Shown here one piece after another: positions 30,737 to 40,473 of a stretch of 64,000 bases of DNA. The DNA is from an uncultured Candidatus Binatia bacterium (GTDB lineage: Bacteria; Desulfobacterota; Binatia; Bin18): assembly GCA_965232605.1 (NCBI GenBank), contig CBDDQA010000006.1, positions 510,548 to 574,547 of the forward strand. The letters run 5' to 3'. Numbering within the stretch: position 1 is the first letter of the stretch; each line of letters begins with the position of its first letter. The notes below the pieces were generated by a model, which saw only the letters and a list, made by a program, of their open reading frames with translations, made no database searches and was not told the origin of the DNA. A program made the position numbers and the translations under genes.

Positions 30737-32476
30737 ATGATCGACCGCATTACCGCCCTGGTGATCAAAGATTCCTTAGAGGCCATCTCTGAAGAAATGA
30801 GTAAAACGGTTGAGCGGACGGCCGTGCATCCGCTGTTCAACGAAGTGCACGACTACTCGACCGGAGTGTTCTTTTATGATGGCAGCGATGTGCGCCTGGT
30901 CGCCCGGGCCACGGCCATTCCCGTCCATATCTTTGCCTCCATCCTGTCGGTTGAAGCCCTGATGGAGTCGTTTCAGGACGACCTGCACGAAGGCGACGTC
31001 GTCATGCTGAACGACCCGTATTACGGCGGGACGCATCACGCCGACTGGACCGTGATGAAACCCGTCTTCTTTGACGGCAAGCCGGTGCTGTTTCCCTCGG
31101 TCCGCGCCCACATGGCCGATTTTGGCGGACCGGTGGCGGGCGGCTATAACCCCGAAGCCAAGGATATCTGGCAGGAAGCCCTGCGTATCCCGCCGATCAA
31201 ACTCTTCGAGCAGGGCGTCCTGCGTCAGGACGTACTCGACTGGATTCTGGCCAACTCCCGCATTCCCCATGTGTTGCGGGGCGATCTGGCCGCCATGTTC
31301 GGAGCGTGCAATCTGGCCGAGCAGCGCATCCACGCCCTGTTCGCCAAGTATGGTGGAGAGGTGGTCAACGAAAGCATTGAGTACACGCTTGACTATGCGG
31401 AAAAACGCTTTCGGGCCGAGGTCGCCAAGTGGCCGGACGGAGAATACCGGGGCAGCGCGACTTTGGATCACGACAGTCTGGGCAACTACGATGTCGAAGT
31501 GAAAACAACCGTCACCATCAAGGGTTCTGATCTGAGCGTTGATCTGAGCGGCTCAAGCCCGGAAACACCGGGCTTTGTGAACAGTCCGTTTGGCAATACG
31601 GCCTCGTGGGTCTATACCGCCCTGTGTTCGGTCCTGCCCGAAGACATCCCGATCAACTCCGGCGTATTTCGAGCCGTGACCATTACCGCCCCGGAGGGCA
31701 CGGTCGTGAACCCCCTCCCACCAGCCCCGTGCATGTTCAGCACGGTCGTGATCGGCGGCGATGTCGGCACGGCCACCATGCAAGCTTTGGAGCAGGCCAT
31801 TCCCGACAAAGTCGGCTCGGTGTCGCTCAACTACTGTCTGTGCACCACCTACGGGCATGACTCTCGCTATGGCGAAATGTTTGTGACCATTGAGTACGGG
31901 AATACGCTCGTGGCGGCTGGCGGAGCCCAGGGCCAGGATGGCTGGGGCGGCTGGCCGGCCCCCATGTGCGGGCTGATTTACTCCACGGTTGAAATGAGCG
32001 AGATTCAATTCCCCTTTTTCTACCATCAGTATGAATACGTTGGCGATACGGCTGCACCGGGGCAGTGGCGCGGGGTGCCGGGCTTTGCCATGAAGCGTGA
32101 AAGCGTCCGGGACACCTCCATCATCAACGTGGCGCTGACAGGCGTGCGCCATTCTTCACCCGGCTTTGCCGGCGGAAAGAACGGGGCGAGCAGCCGCTAT
32201 GTCCTGAACTGGGGCACGGAGCATGAGGAAGAAGTCCTGGAGTCAGCCGCGAATCGCCCCTCCCCGCCGGGCTCGATCATTTCCACCTTCAAGGGTGGCG
32301 GGGGCGGTTGGGGCAACCCTTTTGCCCGCGACCCGCAAAAAGTCCTCAATGACGTGCTGGATGAGTTTATCACCCTGGACAGTGCCGAGCGGGACTACGG
32401 CGTCGTGATCCAGCCCGACAGCATGACCATCGATACCGACGAAACCCTGCGACGCCGCGCGCTTGTCGTAAAATAA
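30737..32476 (+). CDS. hydantoinase B/oxoprolinase family, B (beta) subunit (HyuB-like)
   Basis: 579 aa, with the LNDPYYGGTHHAD motif. Confidence 0.85.
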   Translation: MIDRITALVIKDSLEAISEEMSKTVERTAVHPLFNEVHDYSTGVFFYDGSDVRLVARATAIPVHIFASILSVEALMESFQDDLHEGDVVMLNDPYYGGTHHADWTVMKPVFFDGKPVLFPSVRAHMADFGGPVAGGYNPEAKDIWQEALRIPPIKLFEQGVLRQDVLDWILANSRIPHVLRGDLAAMFGACNLAEQRIHALFAKYGGEVVNESIEYTLDYAEKRFRAEVAKWPDGEYRGSATLDHDSLGNYDVEVKTTVTIKGSDLSVDLSGSSPETPGFVNSPFGNTASWVYTALCSVLPEDIPINSGVFRAVTITAPEGTVVNPLPPAPCMFSTVVIGGDVGTATMQALEQAIPDKVGSVSLNYCLCTTYGHDSRYGEMFVTIEYGNTLVAAGGAQGQDGWGGWPAPMCGLIYSTVEMSEIQFPFFYHQYEYVGDTAAPGQWRGVPGFAMKRESVRDTSIINVALTGVRHSSPGFAGGKNGASSRYVLNWGTEHEEEVLESAANRPSPPGSIISTFKGGGGGWGNPFARDPQKVLNDVLDEFITLDSAERDYGVVIQPDSMTIDTDETLRRRALVVK

Positions 32477-32496
32477 GCCGAGCAAGGACCGACCTT

Positions 32497-34038
32497 ATGC
32501 GACGCCTCCGTTCAACCGGGAAGATCAGACGGCCGACCGCGGAAGAACTGTCCGATTTAGCCGATCTGTCCTTTCTCCGCCTCACCCCCCAGGAAGCCCT
32601 CGACCTTGAGGAACTCAGCGAGGGCCTGCTCAGTACCCTGGATCGTCTGGACGACCTCCCGCAGCCACGCTGGCCGATTCGATATACCGACCGCGACCCC
32701 GGCTATCGGCCGACGCCGGAAGAGGACCCGTATAATATTTTTATTCGCAAGTGTCGGGTCACTGGCGCGCCCGACGGTATACTCGCCGGCAAGAAAATCG
32801 GCCTGAAAGACAACATCGCCGTGGCCGGCATTCCGCTGACGAACGGCTCCCGGCTTGCGGAAGGCTATGTGCCGGATTGCGACGCAACCGTGGTGGAGCG
32901 GTTGTTGGACGCGGGCGCTGAGATCGTCGGCAAGCTCAATATGGACAGTTTCGCGCTCTCCCCTTCGGCGGAAACCAGCGAGTTCGGCTATGCCCGCAAC
33001 CCCCGCAACCCCGACCATTCGCCCGGCGGCTCGTCCGGCGGCAGCGGCGCCGCGGTGGCCAACGGTGATGTCGATATCGCCTTGGGTGTGGATGAGGGCG
33101 GCAGCGGCCGCATTCCGGCGGCCTGGTGTGGGATCACCAGCATCAAGGCGACGCATGGCCTGGTACCCTCTTTTGGCCTGACCTATATGGATCACACCCT
33201 GGATTTTATTTGCCCCATGGCGCGGACCGTCCAGGAGGTGGCCCAAACGCTGGAGGTGATTGCCGGCGACGACCCGCGCGACCCCCAGTGGGTCCGCGGC
33301 CCCATTCAGACGGAAGCGTATACCGAAGCACTGACAACCGACATCCACGGCCTCCGTATCGGCCTTATCAAAGAGGGGCTGGCAGGTCGGGCGGTCGAAC
33401 CGGAAGTGGTTGACGCCTTTCAAAAAGGAATAGCCCAGCTCAGCATCCTGGGTGCCGCGTGCAGTGAGATTTCTCTCCCGCTGTTCAAGAGTGCCTGGGC
33501 CATTTGGACGGGTATTGCCAGTCATTCGATCCCCGCGCTGATCGAGTCTGACGGAGAAGGCTACGGGCATGGCGGGGCGAGTAACGTCGGCTGGGTCGAA
33601 ACCTTTGGCCGCGCCCGCCGCGCCCGGGCCAACGATCTGCCACCGTTTTTGAAACTCATTTTACCGGTCGGGAATTACCTCCGCCGCGAGTACAATAATC
33701 GCTATTACGCCCTGGCCCAGAATCTCCGCCTCAGCTTCACCCAGCAGATCGAACACGCCCTGCAGGAAGTCGATATTCTGGCCCTGCCGACCACACCCAT
33801 GCGAGCCCCAAGGCTCGAAGCGGGGCTGACCCTCAAAGATTTGGTCCGACGCAGTGCCGCGGCTGGTCAGAACACCAGCGCGTTTAATTTATCGGGCCAC
33901 CCGGCGCTGAATCTGCCCTGCGGCCTGCGCGACGGTCTACCGGTCGGCCTGCAACTCGTTGGCCGGCGTTGGCAGGAGAGTACGCTTTTGCGTGTTGCGT
34001 ACGCATTTGAGCAAAGTGTGGATTGGGAACAGTTGTAA
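32497..34038 (+). CDS. amidase (amidase-signature family)
   Basis: GGSSGGSGAAVANGDVD and KIGLKDNIAVAGIPLTNGS. Confidence 0.8.
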   Translation: MRRLRSTGKIRRPTAEELSDLADLSFLRLTPQEALDLEELSEGLLSTLDRLDDLPQPRWPIRYTDRDPGYRPTPEEDPYNIFIRKCRVTGAPDGILAGKKIGLKDNIAVAGIPLTNGSRLAEGYVPDCDATVVERLLDAGAEIVGKLNMDSFALSPSAETSEFGYARNPRNPDHSPGGSSGGSGAAVANGDVDIALGVDEGGSGRIPAAWCGITSIKATHGLVPSFGLTYMDHTLDFICPMARTVQEVAQTLEVIAGDDPRDPQWVRGPIQTEAYTEALTTDIHGLRIGLIKEGLAGRAVEPEVVDAFQKGIAQLSILGAACSEISLPLFKSAWAIWTGIASHSIPALIESDGEGYGHGGASNVGWVETFGRARRARANDLPPFLKLILPVGNYLRREYNNRYYALAQNLRLSFTQQIEHALQEVDILALPTTPMRAPRLEAGLTLKDLVRRSAAAGQNTSAFNLSGHPALNLPCGLRDGLPVGLQLVGRRWQESTLLRVAYAFEQSVDWEQL

Positions 34039-34065
34039 AGAATTGTGCACAGGACGGGGGAAAGC

Positions 34066-34545
34066 ATGACCGACCTCAACACCTACCAAACGCGCCGAGA
34101 AACGCTCAGACAAAAATATCTCGCCGCTGACCGGCCAGCCGCGCCGCCCCAGTATACCGGCGGAGTTGACCATCTGGCGCTGATCAGCCTGGACCTCGAA
34201 AGGACGATTCAGTTCTATACCGAGGTCATCGGCATGCGGCTGACCAAGATCGTAACGAATCGTGACGAGCCAACGTCCACCCACATCTTTCTGGATATGG
34301 GCGGCGGGAATCAACTCGCCTTCTTTGATTTTCCGAAGAAAGACACCGAGCCGACCGTGCGGGGCGTGGGCAGCATGCATCATGTGGCGCTCAAGGCCAC
34401 GTCCGAGCAGTTTCAAGCCTTATTGGCTAATCTGGATGAGAAGCACCTACCCTACTCTCTGCACGGCTCGCGTGAGAAAGGCTCGGTGTATGTGCGTGAC
34501 CCGGATAATATCCAGGTGGAAGTCACGACGGGCTATGGAGCGTAA
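34066..34545 (+). CDS. VOC family protein (glyoxalase/dioxygenase fold)
   Basis: VDHLALISLDLERTIQFYTEVIGMRL. Confidence 0.65.
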   Translation: MTDLNTYQTRRETLRQKYLAADRPAAPPQYTGGVDHLALISLDLERTIQFYTEVIGMRLTKIVTNRDEPTSTHIFLDMGGGNQLAFFDFPKKDTEPTVRGVGSMHHVALKATSEQFQALLANLDEKHLPYSLHGSREKGSVYVRDPDNIQVEVTTGYGA

Positions 34546-34674
34546 GCCCTGAGACAGAATAATCATCGCTCGCCTCTCCCATTGTGCAAGCGAACTGTGT
34601 TAGGAACAAAGCGATCCATCTCGGCGCTGTGCGCCACCCCCTTTACCGGGGAATATGCTAAGGAGGGAGCCATT

Positions 34675-35136
34675 ATGCTCGGAGCTGTTGCACATGTTGG
34701 TATTACGGTTCGGGATATGGACCGGGCTGTCGAGTTTTATCGAGACATGCTGGGGCTCAAGGTCATTGGTGATGTGACCATTGAGGGAGAAGAGGCAAGC
34801 ACGGTCACCCAGGTGCCGGAGACAAAACTGCGCGCCGTCTATCTGCGTTACGAGGATGACCCCAAAGGCCCGCCGATCGAACTCCTGCACTTCATTGAGC
34901 CCGGTGACACGGGCAAGCCGTATCCAGGACTGGCCAACCCCGGCATCACCGAGGTCGCGTTTTGGGTCAAAGACATTGAAAAGACCTACCAGGACCTGAG
35001 CGCCAAGGGCGTTGAGTTCTATTCGCGGCCACAGATGTTCGATCTGGAGGGGGAAGGCTACGGGAAGGTCAAGGCCGTATACTTCCGCGACCCGGACGGC
35101 ACGACCCTGGAGTTAATGCAGGACTGCTCGGCTTGA
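34675..35136 (+). CDS. VOC family protein (glyoxalase/dioxygenase fold)
   Basis: VAHVGITVRDMDRAVEFYRDMLGLKV. AGGAGGG ribosome-binding site. Confidence 0.65.
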   Translation: MLGAVAHVGITVRDMDRAVEFYRDMLGLKVIGDVTIEGEEASTVTQVPETKLRAVYLRYEDDPKGPPIELLHFIEPGDTGKPYPGLANPGITEVAFWVKDIEKTYQDLSAKGVEFYSRPQMFDLEGEGYGKVKAVYFRDPDGTTLELMQDCSA

Positions 35137-35165
35137 CGGCCTCGGTGGAGCATGAGTGTCGCCCC

Positions 35166-36356
35166 CTAGGCGTCGCTCTTCTCCGTCCCAAACCAAGCTG
35201 TTCCATCCAGATATTTTTGAGGCACCAGGATCGCCCCCTCCATAATCCGGCGCGCCGTCCGCCTGGTTGTCACCCGCTCGGCGTACCACTCCCCACCCCG
35301 GCGTGAGACCCTGGCCCCAACCTGCATGATTCCGGCCGGATGCCCGATTCGGATGTCGCGTGTAGCCGCCCGCCGGGTGACTTCATGCACAACGGTCCCT
35401 TCGACCTGAGCGGCAAGGGCGGTACACATCGCGACCGTCCCCGGCACGCTGCGGTGGGTGTTCCGCATGGAAATCGCGCGGACCAGCAGGTCAATACTTC
35501 CCGCCTCTACCCTCTTGCCACTGCTTGCCAGATAGGCTGCCGGCGGGGCAACCAGCACGACTTTGGGCGTGTGTTGAAACTGCTCGTGAGCCTTCTCAGG
35601 ACTGGGGGTGAGACCCAGCAGGACAGCCGCTCTGCAGCGTATCTCTTCCAGCGTCCGCTGTAAGGTCCGCTCCGCATCGAGCGCGGGCGCGAGTTGAGTG
35701 GCATCAGCATCCAGTTCGTCGGCACGAACGAAAACCGTCGGAATCGCGGCGTCTACAACCGAGACCGTCACTGCACGTGAGTCCGCCAGTTCACACGACT
35801 GGTGCGGCCGGCCAGTAGGCAACAACTGCCCTCCGAGCGAGCCACCCGGGTCCGGGTACTCCAGGGTAATACACGCCCCCGGAGCGGGGACGCCATCAAT
35901 TACATACTCGCCCTCAACCGCAGCCTGGCCGGCGCGGACCGGGACCTGGGCGATATAGCGTTTGCCCGTATTCGTCGAGAACACCCGGACCGTCGTCACC
36001 GGCTCTACCGCGGGAATCATATTCTCGTCTATGGCAAACGGGCCGACCGCGGCCGCCATATTGCCGCAGGTACCGCTCCAGTCGATGTGGGGTGTCCGCA
36101 CGTCAACCTGGCCAAAGGTAAAGGTGACATCACTGTCCGCCGCCGTACTGCGGCCCACAATCACGACTTTGCTGAGAGAGGAAATTCCGCCGCCGAGACC
36201 GTCTATCTGCCGACCGTGGACATCGGGACTGCCCAGGGCGGCCAGGATGATGCGTTCACGCACGGGCGGTGAATAGGCAGCCAACACGTCTTCCCGGAAG
36301 CAGACCGCCCGGCTGGTCCCGCCCCGCATAAAAACAGCGGGGATTTTTGTCTGCAT
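35166..36356 (-). CDS. PrpF/AcnD-accessory family isomerase (2-methylaconitate isomerase-like)
   Basis: MQTKIPAVFMRGGTSRAVCF N-terminus is typical of PrpF. Confidence 0.7.
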   Translation of the reverse strand: MQTKIPAVFMRGGTSRAVCFREDVLAAYSPPVRERIILAALGSPDVHGRQIDGLGGGISSLSKVVIVGRSTAADSDVTFTFGQVDVRTPHIDWSGTCGNMAAAVGPFAIDENMIPAVEPVTTVRVFSTNTGKRYIAQVPVRAGQAAVEGEYVIDGVPAPGACITLEYPDPGGSLGGQLLPTGRPHQSCELADSRAVTVSVVDAAIPTVFVRADELDADATQLAPALDAERTLQRTLEEIRCRAAVLLGLTPSPEKAHEQFQHTPKVVLVAPPAAYLASSGKRVEAGSIDLLVRAISMRNTHRSVPGTVAMCTALAAQVEGTVVHEVTRRAATRDIRIGHPAGIMQVGARVSRRGGEWYAERVTTRRTARRIMEGAILVPQKYLDGTAWFGTEKSDA

Positions 36357-36362
36357 ACGCTC

Positions 36363-37340
36363 CTACGCCTGACGGAATGCCGGCATGACTTCTTTGGCAA
36401 AGCGCCGGAAGGACGCCATATCGTAGTCGGGATACATCGATACAATGAAATACTGCACTCCAGCATCCGCATACGCCTGGACCGCTGCTCTGACCCTGTC
36501 AGGCGACTGTTTGAGTTGCTCAAGGCTGAGCGATGTAGACTTCTGTATCTCGGCCGGGTCGCGGCCGACCTCTTTGCAGATAGCGTCAAATTTGACCGCG
36601 ATCTTTTTGGCCGCTTCGGCTCCTCCTTTACGCACAAAGAAATGCCAGATGTCGGCATGGCGCGCGACCAGCGGCTGGACGACCTTGGGTCCCATGCCAC
36701 CAATCAAAATCGGTGGATAGGGTTTCTGGAGCGGCTTGGGCTCAAATGGGGCGTCTTTGAGCTGATAGTATTTGCCCTCATACGTGGTCTTTTCCTGGGT
36801 GAAGAGCATTTTGACGAGTTCGACCGCTTCGACCAACCGGCGTGCCCGCCCGCCCGGCGTGTAGAACGGGATGCCAAACGCGTCGTGTTCCAGCTTGAAC
36901 CAGCCCGCGCCCATCCCCAGAATCAGGCGCCCGCCACTCACATGATCGACCGTTGCCGCCATTTTGGCGAGCAAGGCCGGATTGCGATACGTGTTGCCAG
37001 TGACGAGCAGGCCGGTTTTCAAGCGCTTCGTCTGAGCGGCAAGCGCTGCGAGCAAGGTCCAGCCTTCCAGACACGGGCCGGCTGGATCGGAAAAGATCGG
37101 CAGAAAATGATCAAAACCAAAAGCGCTGTCATAGCCAAGTTCATCAGCTTCCAGCCATACGTCTTGCACTTGGCTGTAGGGCACATGCTGGGGTGGGGTT
37201 TGCACCCCGAACCGGAGCCGACCAGTCGATTCCGCCGAAGCCTGTTGGGGCTGAGAAAGATTGCCGGCTAATGCGGCTGCGGTCACCACTGCGCCGGTAT
37301 TCTTGAGAAAGGTCCGACGGGATATCTGCTCTTTCGCCAT
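36363..37340 (-). CDS. LLM-class F420/flavin oxidoreductase with N-terminal twin-arginine (Tat) signal
   Basis: MAKEQISRRTFLKNTGAVVTAAALAG precedes the LLM domain. Confidence 0.7.
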   Translation of the reverse strand: MAKEQISRRTFLKNTGAVVTAAALAGNLSQPQQASAESTGRLRFGVQTPPQHVPYSQVQDVWLEADELGYDSAFGFDHFLPIFSDPAGPCLEGWTLLAALAAQTKRLKTGLLVTGNTYRNPALLAKMAATVDHVSGGRLILGMGAGWFKLEHDAFGIPFYTPGGRARRLVEAVELVKMLFTQEKTTYEGKYYQLKDAPFEPKPLQKPYPPILIGGMGPKVVQPLVARHADIWHFFVRKGGAEAAKKIAVKFDAICKEVGRDPAEIQKSTSLSLEQLKQSPDRVRAAVQAYADAGVQYFIVSMYPDYDMASFRRFAKEVMPAFRQA

Positions 37341-37383
37341 ACGCTATCCTCCACTTGATATCACGGCCGCGTTGAGCCGTCGG

Positions 37384-38271
37384 TCACGCCCTGGCCATCA
37401 CCTCGTTGGCAAAGGCTTCCATCTGCGGATACAGGTCGGTCTGAAATTTTCGACGCGGCACCCAGCCTGGGGCAAACACGAACAGGCGGTGCACCCCGGC
37501 GTCTTGAAACTGTTTCACCGTATCCAGCGTGGGTTGAACGCCAGGCTCAAGCCCAACGGTAATCTCAAATTGGGAGAAATCCCGGCCGGCCTGTTGGGTC
37601 AATGCTTCGAGTTGGCTCACATACGGTTTGACGCTCTCGGGGGTATAGCGGATACCGCACCAGCCGTCCGCCAACTCAGCCGCGCGCTTGAGAGCGGCCC
37701 GACTCTCTCCGCCAAAAACGAGCGGCGGATAAGGGTTCTGGACCGGCTTGGGGTTAAACCCCACCGGCTTGAAATCGTGAAATTTCCCGGAAAACTGCGG
37801 GGTCTCTTCGGTCCACAAGGTCCGCATAACACGCACCGCTTCTCGCGTCCGCGCGGCCCGGTCACGAAACGGCATCCCGACCGCGGCAAACTCTTCTTCA
37901 CACCAGCCCACGCCAATGCCAAAGATCACCCGACCCTGCGACAGGACATCCAGACTGGCCACCGCTTTGGCCACCGCCAGGGTATTCCGCAGGGGAAGCA
38001 CAAAGACGCCGGTTCCGAGCTTAATCGTGGTGGTCTGGGCCGCCACAAAGGACAGCGCCACAAACGGGTCATGCAGATTGACACCCGGCCCGCCGGGGAA
38101 GGTGCCGTCCGCCGAACCCGGATAGCGCGTCTGCATTTCAACCGGTACGGCCAAATGTTCAGGAATCCAGACCGATTCATAACCGAGGGTTTCCGCCTGT
38201 TGAGCCACTTGGGTCAAGGGCTCGGGTCGCACGGTTGACCCGCTCCCAACGCCGACTAACGCAAATTTCAT
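37384..38271 (-). CDS. LLM-class F420/flavin-dependent oxidoreductase
   Basis: MKFALVGVG...LGYESVWIPEHL. Confidence 0.75.
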   Translation of the reverse strand: MKFALVGVGSGSTVRPEPLTQVAQQAETLGYESVWIPEHLAVPVEMQTRYPGSADGTFPGGPGVNLHDPFVALSFVAAQTTTIKLGTGVFVLPLRNTLAVAKAVASLDVLSQGRVIFGIGVGWCEEEFAAVGMPFRDRAARTREAVRVMRTLWTEETPQFSGKFHDFKPVGFNPKPVQNPYPPLVFGGESRAALKRAAELADGWCGIRYTPESVKPYVSQLEALTQQAGRDFSQFEITVGLEPGVQPTLDTVKQFQDAGVHRLFVFAPGWVPRRKFQTDLYPQMEAFANEVMARA

Positions 38272-38310
38272 GTATGCTTCCTTTCTCTTGTTGTCACACA
38301 AGGTCGCACT

Positions 38311-38946
38311 TTAACCGCCATGCGGCGTCCCGAAAATCCGATCACCCGCATCGCCAAGACCGGGAACGATATAGCCAATGTCGTTGAGGTGGTCATCAAC
38401 CGCGGCCGTATACACATCAACGTCCGGGTGGCTTGCCGCCAGGCGGCTCAGTCCTTCCGGGACCGCCACCAGGCAAATCGCCCGTATGGACCGGCAGCCA
38501 GCTTTTTTCAGTATGTCAACCGTCGCGCTACAGGTGCCGCCGGTCCCCAACATTGGGTCAATAATCAGCGCGGTCCGCTCGGGCAGGCGGTCAACCAGTT
38601 TTTCAAAATAGGGCACGGGCTCCAGGGTTTCTTCGTTCCGATACAGCCCGACCAGACTGACCTCGATATGCGGTAGAATCTGAAGCACACCGGGTAAAAG
38701 GCCCAGGCCGGCCCGGACGACCGGGACAACCGTCAACAGGTCCACTCTCAGATGATCGGCTTCAATCGCTCCGGCCCAGCCCTGGATCGTTTTCCTTTCA
38801 GTCGCCAGGTCATGCAGCGCCTCATAGGTGAGCAGTGTCGCCAGCTCTGCGCTCAATTCACGAAAGAGCTTAGGCCCGGTTTCGGCCGCTCGGAGCAAGT
38901 CGATTTTATGCCGCACCAAGGGATGGCGTATCTCATGGACTGACAT
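38311..38946 (-). CDS. upp: uracil phosphoribosyltransferase
   Basis: [13 protein letters not shown]-terminus and the PRPP-binding [12 protein letters not shown] motif. Confidence 0.8.
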   Translation of the reverse strand: MSVHEIRHPLVRHKIDLLRAAETGPKLFRELSAELATLLTYEALHDLATERKTIQGWAGAIEADHLRVDLLTVVPVVRAGLGLLPGVLQILPHIEVSLVGLYRNEETLEPVPYFEKLVDRLPERTALIIDPMLGTGGTCSATVDILKKAGCRSIRAICLVAVPEGLSRLAASHPDVDVYTAAVDDHLNDIGYIVPGLGDAGDRIFGTPHGG

Positions 38947-38955
38947 GGTTCGCTC

Positions 38956-40149
38956 CTAGGACTGCTCCGCCATACATAATTTTTCAATCACGGACAGAAT
39001 CCGGCCCGTCCCGTTCTCAAAGGTCTCTCGCCGGATGCTCTCATTGGGCTGGTGGGCCTGGTCAAGATCACCGGGCCCACAGATCAGAGACGCGATCCCG
39101 CCCGAGGCAAACTGACAGCCGTCGGTCGCAAACGGCGCCCCGCCGCTGGTCTGTTGGCCGGCCACCTCGAATAATGCGCCTTCGAGGGGAGTTTCCCGAG
39201 GCGAAAACAGCGGCGGCACCACGAGCGGCTTCGAGAACTCGACACTGGCCCGATGGGAAGAGCCGCTGAAATCAGCCAGGTCAAGGGCCTGGACCCGGCG
39301 GGTCATCTCGTGCAGGCAGTCGAGCGGGTCGGCCTTGGGCAGGGGCCGGTAGCTGACCTGAATCGTGCACTGCTCGGCAATCATATTGCCCGCGGTCCCG
39401 CCGCGCACCAGTCCGAAGTTCAGCGTCGGATAGGGTGATTCCGGGAACAGCTCAGCAAATTCGGCAGACGGGGCGGCGCGCAGTTCGGCCTGATACTGAC
39501 CAATGATGTTGATGACCTTTGCGGCAACCGCAATCGCGTTCACGCCGGTCTCGGGTGTACTGCTGTGGCCGCCCATGCCACGGACGCTAATCGAGAAAAC
39601 CGCCACCCCCTTATGGGTATGAAAGACTTTGTACGAGGTCGGCTCACCGATCCAGGCCAGACGGGGCTGCGGGATATCACTCAACAGGTCGGACAATTCG
39701 GGCACGAGGCGTTCCGCGCCCAGACAGCCGACTTCCTCGTCCGCGGTAAACAGAAAAACGACCGGGCGGGTGAGTCGCTTGAGGTCGAGGGCGGCCGCGG
39801 CGGCCACGCACTGCGCCAGAAAAATTTTCATATCCGAGGTGCCGCGTCCGTAGACACGCTCGTCTTCCACACCAAGGGTCAGCGGGTCCCGTGTCCAGCC
39901 GGGCTGGTCGAGAAACGGGACCGTATCCACATGGCCGGAAAGAATCAGGCCGTCCGGCTCGGGCGGGCCGGCAAACGCAATCAGATTGGCTTTGGGCACC
40001 CCGGCGACCTCCGCCCGCTGCAAGGCCACCTGGAAGCCATGCCCCTCCAAATGATTACCAAGGTAGGCCATGGCTTCGACATTGCTCTTTTGACTCACGG
40101 TGTCATAGCCAATCAGCCGGCTGGCGATTTCTTGCAGATAGTCACCCAT
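38956..40149 (-). CDS. M20 family metallopeptidase (ArgE/DapE-like)
   Basis: LSGHVDTVP...YGRGTSDMK...ADEE motifs. Confidence 0.75.
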   Translation of the reverse strand: MGDYLQEIASRLIGYDTVSQKSNVEAMAYLGNHLEGHGFQVALQRAEVAGVPKANLIAFAGPPEPDGLILSGHVDTVPFLDQPGWTRDPLTLGVEDERVYGRGTSDMKIFLAQCVAAAAALDLKRLTRPVVFLFTADEEVGCLGAERLVPELSDLLSDIPQPRLAWIGEPTSYKVFHTHKGVAVFSISVRGMGGHSSTPETGVNAIAVAAKVINIIGQYQAELRAAPSAEFAELFPESPYPTLNFGLVRGGTAGNMIAEQCTIQVSYRPLPKADPLDCLHEMTRRVQALDLADFSGSSHRASVEFSKPLVVPPLFSPRETPLEGALFEVAGQQTSGGAPFATDGCQFASGGIASLICGPGDLDQAHQPNESIRRETFENGTGRILSVIEKLCMAEQS

Positions 40150-40197
40150 AGCGTTCTGGCCCTTCGGTCGTGGTTCAGTTTGCATTTTTCCTCCACC

Positions 40198-40326
40198 CCC
40201 GCCCCTTCGACTTCGCTCCGCTACGCTCAGGGTGAGCGGAAACGCTGCCGTTCGTCCTGAGCGTAGCCCCGCAGGGGCGAAGTCGAAGGGCGCTCAGGAC
40301 GGGCCGCGCCCACTCAGGGCGAGCGA
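40198..40326. repeat. complex imperfect palindrome with CTCAGG-containing direct repeats (two-segment ~30-bp arms around a 24-nt centre)
   Basis: ccccttcgacttcgc...gctacgctcagg // cctgagcgtagc...gcgaagtcgaagggc. CTCAGG or its complement occurs 4 times. Confidence 0.5.
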
Positions 40327-40473
40327 GGGACACTGGCTTTGAAACTGAACCACTACCGCCCTTTCCAGTTTGATGCAGGAAACATAATACTGGAATAGGA
40401 TGACCCGTACAGCCCTCTTTCTTGCGAGACCATCCGTCTTTGGAGAGAAATTTCGAGTAGACAAGAGGTTACA

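Noticed and set aside
32557-33570. 337-aa minus-strand ORF
   Set aside because: Antisense to the amidase gene.
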